Shown here: one piece after another, positions 31,956 to 32,000 of the stretch
Position numbering within the stretch: position 1 is the first letter of the stretch
Layout: each line of letters starts with the position of its first letter
Origin: Nitratidesulfovibrio vulgaris str. Hildenborough
Lineage (GTDB): Bacteria; Desulfobacterota; Desulfovibrionia; Desulfovibrionales; Desulfovibrionaceae
Assembly (NCBI RefSeq): GCF_000195755.1
Contig: NC_002937.3
Coordinates: 3,210,001-3,242,000, forward strand
DNA: 32,000 bases
Direction of reading: 5' to 3'
The notes under the pieces: model-generated
What the model saw: only the letters and a program-made list of their open reading frames with translations
Database searches by the model: none
Told to the model about the DNA's origin: nothing
Position numbers and translations under genes: made by a program

Positions 31956-32000
31956 CCCTTCGTCGAACGGGAAAGGTGCGGTATGATACGTGGATCGGCT

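Noticed and set aside
31983-32000. ATG at 31983, preceded by GGAAAGG, as the start of the next gene. In a tol-pal context this might be tolB or a small ORF.
   Set aside because: Only 18 nt lie inside the window, which is too little sequence to support a call.
1-32000. Mobile elements, prophage or defence islands, tRNA and rRNA genes.
   Set aside because: I recognised no transposase, integrase, recombinase, restriction-modification, toxin-antitoxin or Cas-like proteins in any frame. I also saw no tRNA-like T-arm/acceptor patterns or rRNA. The only compositional anomaly is the single lower-GC gene at 25827-26474.

Overview
GC-rich window (roughly two-thirds G+C by eye, not computed). It looks like core chromosome of a Desulfovibrio-type sulfate reducer. 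The perR-rbr-rdl cluster at 26.5-27.8 kb encodes a rubrerythrin that I recognise from memory as the Desulfovibrio vulgaris protein, so D. vulgaris or a close relative is the likely source. This needs a BLAST check.

I can support 27 protein-coding genes. In order: ruvX (partial); a 1187-aa DUF3683/GlcD/GlcF-type FAD/Fe-S oxidoreductase; a fused two-domain ABC permease; an RlmM-like methyltransferase; EamA transporter 1; an exported TlpA-like thioredoxin; a lipoprotein 1-Cys peroxiredoxin; a VOC protein; MucR paralogue 1; EamA transporter 2; a chemoreceptor with a CXXCH motif in its sensor domain; MucR paralogue 2; an 81-aa ORF; cbiA/cobB; cbiC; a DEAD-box helicase; an overlapping 161-aa ORF; a FadL-family outer membrane protein; a NadB-like flavoprotein; a lower-GC glyoxalase-like gene; rdl; rbr; perR; a TolC-family protein; and tolQ, tolR and a TonB/TolA-like gene.

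I saw no rRNA, tRNA, CRISPR array, transposase or integrase. I found several rho-independent terminators, a near-consensus sigma-70 promoter with an overlapping inverted repeat in front of perR, and a set of short tandem or direct repeats confined to intergenic spacers.

I found no canonical defence or mobile island. The best candidates for something undescribed are:
1. The mirror-image MucR-EamA / MCP-MucR module, with a heme-c-motif chemoreceptor.
2. An exported TlpA-like thioredoxin plus a lipoprotein 1-Cys peroxiredoxin, a possible cell-envelope peroxide reduction pair in a strict anaerobe.
3. An orphan fused ABC permease next to the giant flavo-Fe-S oxidoreductase.
4. The family of unrelated intergenic mini-repeats.

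All functional calls rest on motif recognition by eye. No searches were run.
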